A DNA stretch of 64,000 nucleotides. Origin: Minutocellus sp. GHC0000111. Lineage: Eukaryota. Positions 38,618-50,500 of the stretch are shown one piece after another. The notes beneath the pieces were generated by a model that searched no databases, was not told where the DNA came from, and saw only the letters and a list, made by a program, of their open reading frames with translations. Location of the stretch: the NCBI GenBank assembly GCA_977018835.1, contig OZ361259.1, positions 1,736,001 through 1,800,000 on the forward strand, read 5' to 3'. Within the stretch, counting starts at the first letter, position 1, and each line of letters starts with the position of its first letter. The position numbers and the translations under genes were made by a program.

Positions 38618-39915
38618 CTAGGCCTTCTTCTGGTTGACCACGCTGCCGGCCAACCCGGCCTCCTCCACCGTCTTGGCCAAATCCTCAATCGGCCGGGGAG
38701 GGAATCCGGCACTCAAGACGTACATATCCGTCCCGGCATCGCCACTGGCGTTGATGGCCGCGGCCACGTCATTCACCGTCGCGGTCTTGTTCACCTTGAC
38801 CAGGAGGCGCTTGCCGTTGGTGAGGCGCACCTGGAGGGAGGTGGTGGGCTGCGATGCGTCCACCGTGGGGGCCGTCGCGCCGGCGTCGGGCACAATCACC
38901 CCCCCGGCCGTGGCGTGGGTTTCGGCGCTGCCCAAGCTGGTCCCCTCCCCGTCGAAGGCGGCAAATCCCCTCTCGGGCTCGGTGTAGTCCTCCCCCCGCT
39001 TGTCCACCAGCCCGACCACAACCTCCCCCTCGATGGGGGTGCCGTGTTCGTCCAGCCCCATCTCCTTGGGGGTGCGTCCGGCGGCCAGGGCCCGCAAAAA
39101 TTCTCCGTTGGAGGGATCGTCGAGGCGGCGGAACGGACCGTCGTCGACGGTGAAGCCGTCGCGGTACATGGTGATGCGGCGGCGGATCTGGTCGGCCGCC
39201 CCGCCGGCGGCGGCGGACGCGGTGGAGGAGTCGACGGCGCGGGAGCGGATGGCCCCCAAGAGTCCCCCGGGTCCAGAAGCAGGGGGGGCGGAGCCGTCCA
39301 GGTCCGGGTTGGGCTGGACGGCCAGGCCGCTGCGCATGTGTGCATGCCAACAGAAGGAGGTTTTGGCAAGGGGAGATTTAGAAATTGTGTGAGGACGATC
39401 GGCAAAACCACGTGACGAACGGAGGAATGGCAAATGGAACGGAAAGCGAGGGGCTGCTCCCATCCAATATTGTGGAGCTAGTTACACACTAAGTGCGTAG
39501 TTGGGGAATCCCAAAAGTTGGCGGACCGGACCACCCCGCCAACTGCCCATGGTGCAGGCATGCGGGGTGGGGCGGGGCTCTTTACATCTGGCTGGCTGTG
39601 CCTTGATCGGCGCTCTTGAGGCATTGCCAAAACGCATGCTCAACCCACGGGCCAACGGAGGATGGTCCAGTGCCCCCTCCCTAGCTAGCCAGCTGGTACG
39701 TCTCGTCCATCCCCCGGCGGCAAACCTCCAAAATAATATCGTGCAAACAAACAACCCACGTGCACTCCGTCCACGAACCCGCAAGGGAGCCAAAATGAGC
39801 TAGCTGATGGGACGCACCTTCCTCCGCCGACGTAGCGGTTGTTGGCGTCGCGAGCTTCGTCGTCCGAATCGGAGGAGTCGCGGGCGTTGCCGTGCAGTCC
39901 GTGGATGTTGGGCAT
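38618..39915 (-). CDS. NSFL1C: SEP-UBX domain p97/Cdc48 cofactor (p47/Shp1 family); exons 39915-39818 and 39329-38618
   Basis: NNRYVGGG/SGLAVQP, SEP domain ITMYRDGFTVDDGPFRRLDDPSNGEFL...GRTPKE, SHP box FDGEGTSLG, and UBX domain TTSLQVRLTNG...AGFPPRPI...TVEEAGLAGSVV. Intron 39817-39330 is in frame. Confidence 0.92.
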
Positions 39916-40170
39916 GGTTGACTACCTAGGTACTTGCATGTTGGTTTTATTTGGCAAATGGCAAATGATGAAGCGAAGAGCGGAAGGAAAAAATATTGCA
40001 AGTAATGCCCAAAATTTGAAAACACAATTAGTGGAAGCCTGTACCTGAACCATGGCATACGACGGAAGTCAGAACAAGTTCAGCAAACGGCAACAGGCAA
40101 CAGATAAATACCGCGCGGCTACCGCGCTGTAGCACTGAGGTACCTCTCTTTTATACTCGTCCCGCTCGGC

Positions 40171-41427
40171 ATGTCCTCGCCTGCATCCAGGAAGCGCAAG
40201 GCCGACGCCATACTCGAGGCTGGTGACGACAACGATAACAACGATGACAACAAGAACAAAACTAACAACAAGTCCAGCAAGTCTGCCGCTACTGCCGACG
40301 ATTCCCCAGCCCATCTTCCGGCCCCCTGCCTGGCGGCCGTGCTGAATTTTATGTGGTACACCGACGTTCGGCAGTGCATGCTGGCCGGAAAGATGATGGC
40401 GGTCGAAGCGGCACGGCACGTGGAGACGCTCAACATCACCAAGGCGTCGGAGCTGGTGGTGCCGGCCGCACGGAGATTCACGAACGTGTCGGAGGTGAAC
40501 ATATTGTGCCTCATGTCGCGCATTCGCGCAGAATACTCCCATGAATTCCTCTCAACAAAAACTGCCACGCAAGTTGTCCCGTTTTTATCATCTTTTCCTT
40601 GTGTTCGATCTACCTACTTGGGGGGGATGTCTCTAGAAAGGAAACTTCGGGGTCCGAACAGTCGTGACATTTGGCACCGCTATGAATATAACTTGATTGA
40701 ATGCTCCGGGCCCAGGGGACACATATCCATTTTCAAATCTTTGATGGAGCATCTCTGCGGTGCTTCTCGATCCAAATTACTGCGAGAAGATCTGAAGATT
40801 AGCAGTGTATTCGAGGAAGGTCAGCTCGATTGCAATGTCTTCTCCTGCAGATGCTGTGTCGATATGGTATCGTCATTTCCTTTCGAGCTAATTCTAAAAT
40901 CACTGGGAGGCGAGGGCGCAACCTGCGTTCCTAGGGTAGACACGCTGGGCTTGCTGCTCGCACGCCCTGAAAGTGATTGTGCCCTTCGTTCAGATGTAGG
41001 AATAGAATCGCTCATAAAGTGCTTTGGGCACGTCCTCCCACTTACAACTGTGTTTGGAAATAGCTCAGTGGACGATGCATTCATGAAGAAGTTGGAAACG
41101 TGCGGGGCGAAGCCTTATAGGGGCACAATGCTTGTCTTTCGCGACATACGTGTAGATGAAAGCGACAATGATTTCAGAAATTTCATAAAGCTGATCGACG
41201 ATTCTCGTACCTTGAAAGGAATTATCCGAGACATCCCAAGAAGCAAGATCCTGCAAACTTGGCCCTTTAAACCTGTTGTACCAATTCGAGGTCGAACAAT
41301 ATACACTCGCCAATTATTTGATGCTCTTCTTAAGGCAGGTTTGAATTTGAGGTCAGAGGATTATATCCTCGTTGACCAAAAGGAAGAACCAGCGCTTCAG
41401 CCTCGCCGGGATTTTCTAGCCAGCTAG
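40171..41427 (+). CDS. Diatom-type hypothetical protein with F-box-like N-terminal module (418 aa)
   Basis: Intact ORF. HLPAPCLAAVLNFMWYTDVRQCMLAGK resembles the F-box L-P-x-x-x-x-x-x-V-L-x-F-x-x-x-x-D pattern. Confidence 0.7.
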   Translation: MSSPASRKRKADAILEAGDDNDNNDDNKNKTNNKSSKSAATADDSPAHLPAPCLAAVLNFMWYTDVRQCMLAGKMMAVEAARHVETLNITKASELVVPAARRFTNVSEVNILCLMSRIRAEYSHEFLSTKTATQVVPFLSSFPCVRSTYLGGMSLERKLRGPNSRDIWHRYEYNLIECSGPRGHISIFKSLMEHLCGASRSKLLREDLKISSVFEEGQLDCNVFSCRCCVDMVSSFPFELILKSLGGEGATCVPRVDTLGLLLARPESDCALRSDVGIESLIKCFGHVLPLTTVFGNSSVDDAFMKKLETCGAKPYRGTMLVFRDIRVDESDNDFRNFIKLIDDSRTLKGIIRDIPRSKILQTWPFKPVVPIRGRTIYTRQLFDALLKAGLNLRSEDYILVDQKEEPALQPRRDFLAS

Positions 41428-41515
41428 TGGTGTAGGTACTGACATATTGACCACAATGGATTTCCCTAAATAAATTAATCAACAACTCAGCCAAGAACTA
41501 TGTGCCAAACGATTA

Positions 41516-42208
41516 GTGGTGGACATCACCTTCAATTATGGCAAATATGAGTATGTCGGGCCTATGCGTCTTACCAAAGTGCCGAAATTGTACTATGACA
41601 ACGAAACGTACGATTATGGAAATCTTTTGGAACTATTTCCCTGTTTGGAGGCACAAGCAGGTCCGTACCCTGGTGGGCTTTTCGAACAACCAAGTATCAC
41701 GGTCACGTTGGAAGTTGGTTGGGGTAGTACGTGGGGATGTCGATCAAAGAAAAAATCAGACAGATGGAATACGAACTGGCCACGATGGAACCCTTGCACA
41801 TCATTTGTTTGCCGAGAGGACGGGTTGAGCACGTGTGATTGTCATGCCGATAAAACTTCTGCTTGGAATGCCAGCGAACAATGCGTTCAAAATGCTTTCA
41901 ATTTGACCTTCCTTGAACAAAACGCCACATTCGATCGACAGCAACCTCCTTGGGAAGATGAGCGCAATTGGCCAACCCTTACTCAATATGGAAATTGCGA
42001 TGGCAATGTTGGGTTTTCAGCCACCACAGAACGAGTAGAGGAAACGATGAAGATATCTTCGCTGTATCAGCGATTTGGACTGGTACTTCTTTTGTTCGGT
42101 AGCTCGATGATTCTACTGAAAATGATACATTTAAATTGTGCACAAAAGCGCGCGGTGACGGATGCTTCAATTATTGAAAAAGCAACAGCAGAGAAAGAAG
42201 TAGAATGA
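41516..42208 (+). CDS. Cys/Trp-rich protein with one C-terminal TM helix; 5' end missing or uncertain
   Basis: 230-codon ORF without an ATG start; TM segment FGLVLLLFGSSMILL. Confidence 0.45.
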   Translation: MVDITFNYGKYEYVGPMRLTKVPKLYYDNETYDYGNLLELFPCLEAQAGPYPGGLFEQPSITVTLEVGWGSTWGCRSKKKSDRWNTNWPRWNPCTSFVCREDGLSTCDCHADKTSAWNASEQCVQNAFNLTFLEQNATFDRQQPPWEDERNWPTLTQYGNCDGNVGFSATTERVEETMKISSLYQRFGLVLLLFGSSMILLKMIHLNCAQKRAVTDASIIEKATAEKEVE

Positions 42209-42735
42209 ATAATCTACATGTAACAAGACTAGAGATCTAGATCTACATGTACCGTAGTTGTGTTCCTGTCGTTGAACTAATCTACTAGAACACACACATA
42301 ACATTGCACAAACAAGCAACTCGCATGGCATTCATTTGGCTCTCTTCCTCGCAACTTCTCACAAGCAACGACCAACCGCCAAGATGATATCATGAGGCAA
42401 CCGTAAAAACAATACAAAATCCAAGACCGAGGCCCTCTATGTGGCTGAAGATGTTGAAGTAGCCGTCAATGAGCTGTCTCCCCGTTCGACTCAGAGCATC
42501 GAGCGTGCTACCATGTCTCCGACGATAAATGCTCTTACTAATGATACAGCTAGCTACGCAGTACACGAAAAGCATTGCAAGAACATGCATGCAAATATAT
42601 CTGAAGTTTTATTCTAAACAATTCCAAATTTTCTAATCTACCATGGTTTCTACAACGCCATCAGTACGTATGGCTTTCATTCTGAATATAAAAAAACAAT
42701 CATTTCATTTCTCTCCCACGCAACGTATGTACTTC

Positions 42736-44123
42736 TCACATCTTGGACGTCTCGATCGGCCAGTCCCTCCAGCATTCCTCCTGGCAGTTCCACACCGCAT
42801 CGGCACTGGCACGGAAGGCCTCGGCCTCATCCTCGGTGAGGAACAAATCAATCACTCTCACCACACCAGTCGCTCCAACACAGCAGGGTACCGAGAGATA
42901 CACGTCCTGCTTCACACCGGCGTATCCTCGGACGCAAGTGGATACTGGCAAAAAGGTTCGTTCGTCATTCAGCACCGCCTCGGCAATTCGTGCTACCGCC
43001 AGACCAATCGCAAAGTTGGTGTAACCTTTGCGCTTGATTACTTCTGCTCCTGAATTAACTACATCGGCATGCATCGCTCTATGTGCCTCATTGGGCTCAC
43101 CTCAAGGAGGGATGAGATTCGATCCACCCACGCTGATGGAACTCCACACTGGTACCGAGGAATCTCCATGCTCACCAATGACAAATCCATGAACACTGGA
43201 CGTATCGACATCAAAGGTCGAGGCAATCAGCGATCGCAACCGACTGCTGTCCAACACACATCCCGAACCAAAGATTCGACCAGGTGGCAAATCATACGGG
43301 ACGGCCGCCCTCGCGGCCACGGCCGTCATAACATCGGCCGGATTGCTCACGATGCAAATCGCCGGTCCGTGCGGATTGTGGTCCAATACCTTGGGAATGA
43401 TGCTCCGCACAATCCCAGCATTGCGCGCCACCAGATCCAACCTAGTCTCACCTGGCCGTCGGGCCGTGCCGGCCGTCACAATTACCAGGTCGGAATCCTT
43501 GGCCACGGCATAGTCCGATGAGGCGTCGATGCGGACGCGCGAGTAGAATGCCGATCCCTGACGAAGGTCCATGGCCTCGCCGAGGAGCTTTTCTTCGTTC
43601 ATGTCGCAGAGCGCCAGGGCACCGACGGCATTGCGATTGAGGAGGGAGTAGGCGATGGCCAGTCCCACCTGACCGCATCCGATGATGCCGACCTTATTCT
43701 TTGGTCGGAAGGCGGCTGGTTATGTGTATTTCGGATCGTGAAGGAACAATATGCATGTTTAGTGAGAAATCTTGAGATTATACAGACACGGCGCATATCG
43801 TGCTCGCGAATACATGTAGAACCACACATCGCAATCCTATCCTACTCACGAGCCGAGGCAATGGGCACAGCACCGCTCTGCTGCACATGCGCCGCATGTT
43901 CCCCCTCTCCACCGTTAGCCACCACCGGAACGGGGTTGTGACTTTTCCTTACAGTCGCATGGAGGAGCTGATCCCGTACCAAATCGTCGGAACCGCCCCT
44001 CGAGACGGCCGCGGCGGCGATTTCTTCGACGGTCTCGGCGTCGAGGGCGCGGACGCTGGGATGGTGCTGCTGCCGCCGTGAGGGGGAGGAGTTGGGGTTG
44101 GTATCGGACCGAGGGCGGGGCAT
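42736..44123 (-). CDS. L-lactate/malate dehydrogenase family enzyme with an in-frame TGA at 43102-43104; exons 44123-43850 and 43715-42736
   Basis: KVGIIGCGQVG, GEAMDL, TAGTARRPGETRLDLVARN, IVSNPADV, GSGCVLDSSR, GEHGDS, KGYTNFAIG, YLSVPC. The two listed ORFs are in the same frame, separated by one TGA. Confidence 0.9.
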
Positions 44124-44428
44124 TGTTGTGTAGTGGTTGGGAAGAATTGAGGGGTAGGTAACGGTTCTCGTTCCTATCTTCTCTCTGCTTGCTTGTGCTT
44201 TGATTACATGCATTATTGTTCTTCGCGATTTGGTTTTCGGCGAAGAGCGAACAGAATGCTTTTTCGATACAGGATCTGGTCGCTGCACTTTTTCTTGACC
44301 TGCGAACCTTCCCATCGGGTTCGCACCGGCCTCTGACTCACCGATTCCACTTGCGTGGCCATCCATCAAAAAACGTTTCGAAACATCTCATTGCCAATAG
44401 CCAAAAGACAACGACCCAAGCAACAAAT

Positions 44429-45227
44429 ATGAAGACCGCCCTCGCCTCCGCCCTCCTCCTCGCTCCCTTCGCAGGTGCCTTCACCGTCCCCTCTGCTTCC
44501 AATGCTCCCACTTCCTCCTCCACCACCGCCCTCAACGCCGCCCCCAAGAAGAAGGGACCAGCAATGATCAAATCGAAGGCGCTGCCCTTCACCGAGTGGC
44601 CGGCTGTTCTGGATGGTACCATGGCCGGTGACGTTGGATTCGACCCTCTCTGCTTCTCGGCTGACGAGGCTCGTCTCTTCAATTACAGAGAGGCTGAGAT
44701 TAAGCATGCGGTGAGTTATGCGTGAAATATGAGTTGGGCACAATGAACATGTATGTGCATGAATTTCATTTGGGTACCGTCATTGTATATTTATGTACCA
44801 TCCAACATTCTCACCCATTTCCAAAATACACACATTGCAGCGCCTCGCCATGCTCGCCGCCGCTGGTTGGCCTCTCTCCGAGCTCTTCGACAAGAAGCTC
44901 GCCTCCGCCCTCCACCTCGCCCCCTTCGTTGACGATGCCAACCGTGCTCCCGCCCTCCTCAACGGCGGTCTGGGCAAGGTCTCTCCGGCCTACTGGGCCG
45001 CCGTCCTCCTCCTCGCCTCGGCCGTCGATGCGTACGGTCTGACCAAGGTCAACGACAAGGACTACACGCCCGGTGATCTCAAGTTCGATCCTCTGGGACT
45101 GAAGAAGATCAACCCGCAATGGATGGAGACGGCCGAGATCAAGAACGGACGGTTGGCCATGATTGCCATTACGGGATTTGCTGTCCAAGAGTTTGTTTCG
45201 GGCAATGCCGCCTTTGCTGCCTTGTAA
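44429..45227 (+). CDS. Chlorophyll a/c light-harvesting protein, Lhcz-like; exons 44429-44710 and 44841-45227
   Basis: Signal peptide plus AGAF (ASAFAP-like) motif, [70 protein letters not shown]. Phase-0 intron. Confidence 0.95.
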
Positions 45228-45449
45228 GGATTGGTGATCAATACAATATTGGGATAGGGCAGCGAAGATTTCCATAAAGTGATATAATTCATGAAAAATT
45301 TCACTATTGTATATCTGATGGTATTTTTCTTTGTATGTATATCGTCGTTGTTCTTCCTTTTGGCAAACATTCATGGGCAAAAGACTGACAAAATACAATC
45401 CGGTGCGAATCCCATGAGCAGTCTCGTATCAGTGAGCACATCATGAGGT

Positions 45450-46672
45450 CTATTCAACCTCAATAACGTCATTCTCGGCCGCCTCAAGGCGCGAGACAAG
45501 CATCTCTTTGGAACCATCTACATCGAGTCCCTTCTCATCAAGCTTCTGCCTCAGAGTCGCGACGCGCATGTGCTTGTAGTCGCGGTCATTGTCAGAATCC
45601 GCTGGAGCAGGGCGCTTCCTGTTTCCACCAGCCATCGCTGCCATCATCTCGCGCATAATGGCAGGCGACTCGGCCACCTGCTCATACCCATCGGACGCCA
45701 TCACACCTTGCACATTCTTTACGAATTAGTCCATGGCCGCCTCCTTGAGCTGGGCGCAATTGGTGCCATCAGCAAACAGGATGAGCTCAGCGGCATTTTC
45801 AGTGGTGATGCCGTCAGATGTCAATTGAGCCTCGGCGGAAAGCTTTAATCCCGTGCCACCATACTTATCAGCGGCATGAATGATACTTCTAGCATTTTCT
45901 GTCAGCACGTTCTTGGAAGGCACTTCACCTCCATATATGAAACGTAAGACCATGCGAAAGATGTTAGGTTCGACATCCTTGATCGGGATCATAGAGCAGG
46001 GGTCAGAGATGTCGGCAATGATCTCGGCGATTGCCGGAGCACGGGCCACAAGTATGTTGCGATGGGCGTGGAACACTTTTGGCTCATTAGGTCCGACTTC
46101 GAATGCAACGTCGCAGTTGTCACTGCTTCCGGCCTCGAGCATCTTGAGCATGTCGGAACAGACTGTGTTTCCTGGCGTCCAGGTCGGTGGCTTGTAGAGC
46201 ATCACTTGGATGTCAACTTCGACTGTGAGATTGCCACGCACAAGATAGTTCTTCAACGGATCAAGAACATCGGATCGCCGCACAGATTCCCCTTGCCCCA
46301 CATGCTTCAGCTTCTTGGGCATCAGTATTCCTTGGACTGGAAAAAGTGATCCATGCAGCATCACCCCTGGCCCTAGCAGATGGGATTCTAATGTTGAACT
46401 GCGCCTTGATCTTTTTCGTCAACGAACAAGACAAACTTTCTAAATAAAGAGATACGAATCCTTCCCCTTCGCCTTGATCTCCTCCAGGGTATAATAGAAT
46501 TCTCCACTTCAACCCCGTGGCATTCCAGGGCCGGAGAATACGTCATATCGCCTTTTTTCGAGGACAGGGAAGCAAAATTGTGGAACACAGCCCGGATCGT
46601 CTTCCACTCCGAAGGGACCTGCTCCTGGCCACCGACGTGGCCTTCATCGACTACTTCATATCCTTCCAACAT
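45450..46672 (-). pseudogene. MATH-BTB/POZ (SPOP-like) protein with C-terminal SAP-like motif, disrupted
   Basis: FHNFASL...ECHG/LKWRILLYPGG...VSLYL; DVAFEVG...FHAHRNILVARAP; FRMVLRFIYGG; AADKYGGTGLKLSAEA; LILFADGTNCAQLKEAAMD*F; LRQKLDEKGLDVDGSKEMLVSRL. Frameshifts at ~46513 and ~46300, TAA at 45726. Confidence 0.85.
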
Positions 46673-47550
46673 GGCGGATGCCCTCTCGCTGATGATTCAG
46701 AGGGATGGAGATTGCACGAACGAGGGGTTTGGTGCGGGCCAAGCAAACAGACGAGTGGTGCCTGGCCTTCTAACAAAAATGAATATGCGACGACATGACA
46801 GTGAGGCATTTGCATGAGCGATCATTTTTGCCTGCCGTCGCTGAGACCCGAAAGGCGCAGGCGTTTGGGAATACATTGCCCTGTCACATGCTGGTCCAGT
46901 ACGAGCACTCGGCGAATCGCCCAGTGGCTCAGTAAGTGGGCGGGCGACAACGAATGAAACATTCTTTCCGTATGACATAGAATGACGTTCTTCCGAAAGT
47001 ACACGAACGCCGTTACCTGCATCCAGCCCATTTTCGGCCGTTGATCTCCATGCGACAAAGCGGCCAGGTATCTCGCAAACACGCACGGAACGGAGGCAAT
47101 CGCCAGCGGGCGTACCAAATCATTAGGACGATACCGCAGCGGAGTGTGGCTTCGCGTGTCAACGCAACCGGCTCGACTTTTTGCCCTGGCTTTGAATTCA
47201 TTAATTCTCCCGCCGGTATCTGCTTCACACCATCCAGATATTATTATTCGCTGTGCCAAATTTGTCAGCTCATCCTGCCGGAACGACCCTACTGCGTGCC
47301 ATTCGACTGACCGCGCCTGGCAATTGCCTGTGCCATCGTATCCCCCGTTCATTTCTCGGTCGGACACGGTGCTGTCGGCACTGCAGCGCAGACCTCTCCT
47401 TCACGTGAGGGTACGAGAGTGAATTCATCGGGCGGCACAGCCCAAGCAAAGGTGATTGTTGGGTGAGAGGTGAAATCCTGTGCCTCTCCTCTCCCAGTGT
47501 GTTCGTTCCCAGCTGGACCTTCGAGCAGGAACAGAGCGCAAGCACTGACA

Positions 47551-50500
47551 ATGGCCGACTACGGAGATTATGGCCGCCGGCGGCCCCGCGCGTCTTCTGC
47601 TGCTGCGAGCGCACGGGCCGGCCCGTGCCACGGCCGGCGCCGGGCAGCCCCGCATCGCGTACCGCGGCCGGGTCTCCTCCTCGAGCAATGCCAGCGATGC
47701 CAACGCCAGCAATGTAGCTAGTGCCAACGCGAGCAGGGTCGGCAGGGCACGGAGCGCGGGCCGGAGCCACCCGTGGGACGATGCCGCCAAAAATACTAAT
47801 GCTGCCAAGGCCGCAGCGATCGGCGACGAACGCACCGGCGCCGGTCATGGCGGTGGTTATGGCGGCGGCGGCGGCGGATACGGTCCGAGTCGAGGCGGCA
47901 AGCGGAGCCAGAGCCGGGGAGGCAAGGGTGGCAGCAGCCATGTCCATGCCAGCGGCGGAGGGGGCCAAGACCCAAAGCTGGCGGCCATCCGCTCGGCGAG
48001 TCCGTGCGCTCCCAGCCGGAGCCGCGGTCGGAGCAGTGGTCGCGCTGCTTCTGGTGATGGTGGTGGTAGATCGAGTGGCAACGGCGACGACCTACTGGCC
48101 AGGGCCGGGATACAGCTGTCCGACCGGCAGAGGCAGCTCATGGAGCGGCGACGGGGCGGTGGCAAGGCCATTGCCACCAGTATTGCCGGCAAAGGGAGGT
48201 CAGCCCCAAGTCCAATTCGCCCAGACGAACGAGCCAGAGTCCCATGCGCAAAACGAGCTCGGCGAACCACACGTCGAGGAGGAGTCTGGCCGAGGTCGAG
48301 GTGGATGGCAACAGTCCCGTGCGAGGTGGTGGTTCCAATGGTGCCGTCGGGGAGGACAAGAAGGGCAACGGCAACCATGCCGGGAGGAGGGCAACGTCCA
48401 GACCTTCCTCGAGGTCGCCCAAGCGCGGCTCGTCGTCCGGCAAGCAAGCCGGTCTTGGTCCGTCGACATCGTCCAGGGGCGGCACCGTCCCCTCCACTTC
48501 TTCTTCTTGCTTGGCTAGGAGTCGGTCGGTGGAGGATAAACGCCCGCCCAACGGTGGCATTGCTGCTTCCGCCGCAACGACTCCGCCCCGTCCGCGGTTG
48601 GTTCGCTCGGCATCGTCCCGAAGATCGGCCCTGGGCGACCTCGATGGGAACAGTCCCAAGAGGGACAGCACCGGTGATGGTGGTGGTGGTAGCAAGAGGA
48701 GGCTGTCCAAGAGCCCCAAGAGGGCGATGTCCAAGAGTCCGTTGAGGCGAAGCAGGAGCTCGGCTGCGGTGAGCAGACGATCGACGTCGGTTCAGCGGGG
48801 CAGCAGTGGCGTTGCAACGGCGTCGAGCTCTACCTTGGTGGTTCACGAAGACATCGCTGGTACGGATGCGGACAAGGTAACTACGGAAGAGGAGAAGGAA
48901 GAGGAGTTGCCCACGAAAGCCGAATCCAAGCCAGCTGCGGCTCTACCGCCCAAGGTGCCGGAACGGGCTACCTCGGCTCCTCGGGGGATATTGCGTCCGC
49001 CCGTCTACTCTCATTCCAAGTCCGAAGGTACCGGCGTTGCTTCTGAACAGCCCTCGTCCGATTTCCCAGCCATGGGTGCAGTTACTGCGGTTTTTTAGCG
49101 GAAGCAGAAGCTGTGCCGGTACCTGTGGCCAAGCCCCCAACATCATCCACTGTTGGCGATAACGCCACGGACAGTGACGATGAAGTGGACGCTGGTTTCA
49201 ATGACTTTATGAACGAGCTCATGGAAGAGGTTGCTCCGGATCATACGGAGGTAAGATGTTGTTTTGCTTCATTTATGTATGGTATTGATATTGGCTGCCC
49301 CTTTTCCTTTGGTTCTTTTGATTTTCACTCACCGGTTGAATATTCAAAACCTTTCTCGCTTCCAGCTCTGGGCCGGCTTCCAGTCTTCATTCGGCGTATC
49401 GCCAAGGTCGAGGCGGCCTCTCCACGCCAACTCCAAGGTCGAGGCGTCTGACGCTGGTGCTCCCGCTACCACTTTGAAGGCCCAAAAGAAGAAGCGCCTC
49501 GGGCCCAAGGCACAGGAAACTCTGTCTGCCATCCACAAGGACCTCCTTGAGAATGGTCCACCGGACAACTACGCTGGCAAGGCTCAGCTGGTCAATGACC
49601 GGAAGATTGCCAAGGAGCGTCGAGTTCAGCAAAAGAAGATTCAGTCCAAGGCAGCGGTTTTAGCGACGCCAGGTCCAGTATCGGCTTCGAGCCTATCATC
49701 GGATCCAATACAAGGGCAAGGCGAAGCCAGGGTACAATTTGCTGGACGCACTCCCGCGCTTCCTCATCGTCCGCAGCACGAAGAGGCCAATGCATCTAGA
49801 GTAAAGTTTGCAGGTCGTACTCCGGCACCACCGCGCCGTTCGAAGGACGATGACAAGGATGGGAATGCTTTGGAGGAAGTCGATACTTCCGGGCCGCAAT
49901 CTCCGAGGGATGTTCCGATACCAGCGTCCTCGCTTCAAACTCCTGCCCCAACCAAAGCTTCCTCGGCTGCATCAGCAACATCGGCACCGCGTCCATCAAC
50001 GAATCAAGAGCCCCCGTGGCTTGTCAAGCTACGAGAAAAGCAACGAAAATTGAAGGAAGAGCAACCAGATTCTCCTTTGGCAACATCACCTACAGCATCC
50101 GTCGAGAAAGATCCCATTGAAAAGCTATTCGGCAAGCGTGTCGTCTCGACATGCAAAAAGCGATCAGCCGATGCCGCATATGATGCTGGTGGAAGTGCTA
50201 CGCCATGGAATGTAAAGCTTCGATCTACCCCGGCAAAACCAAAGGAGGAGACCAGCACTCCGTGGCAGGTCAAATTAAGAGCTACGCCTTCCAAGATCGT
50301 CCCCAATGATTCTGCAAATGTCGAGACCAAGGTAGAAGCGGTACCATTCGCCATCGGTCTGAAGAAAACGGGATTCTTCGAGAAGAAGGCTATCCATGAT
50401 CCGTATTCGAAGCGTGTCGCCGATCCTGAAGAGCAGTGGAATCCATCCGAGAAGGCCGTGCCGATGACGACCGTCAAGCGACCGGACGGTACCTACAAGG

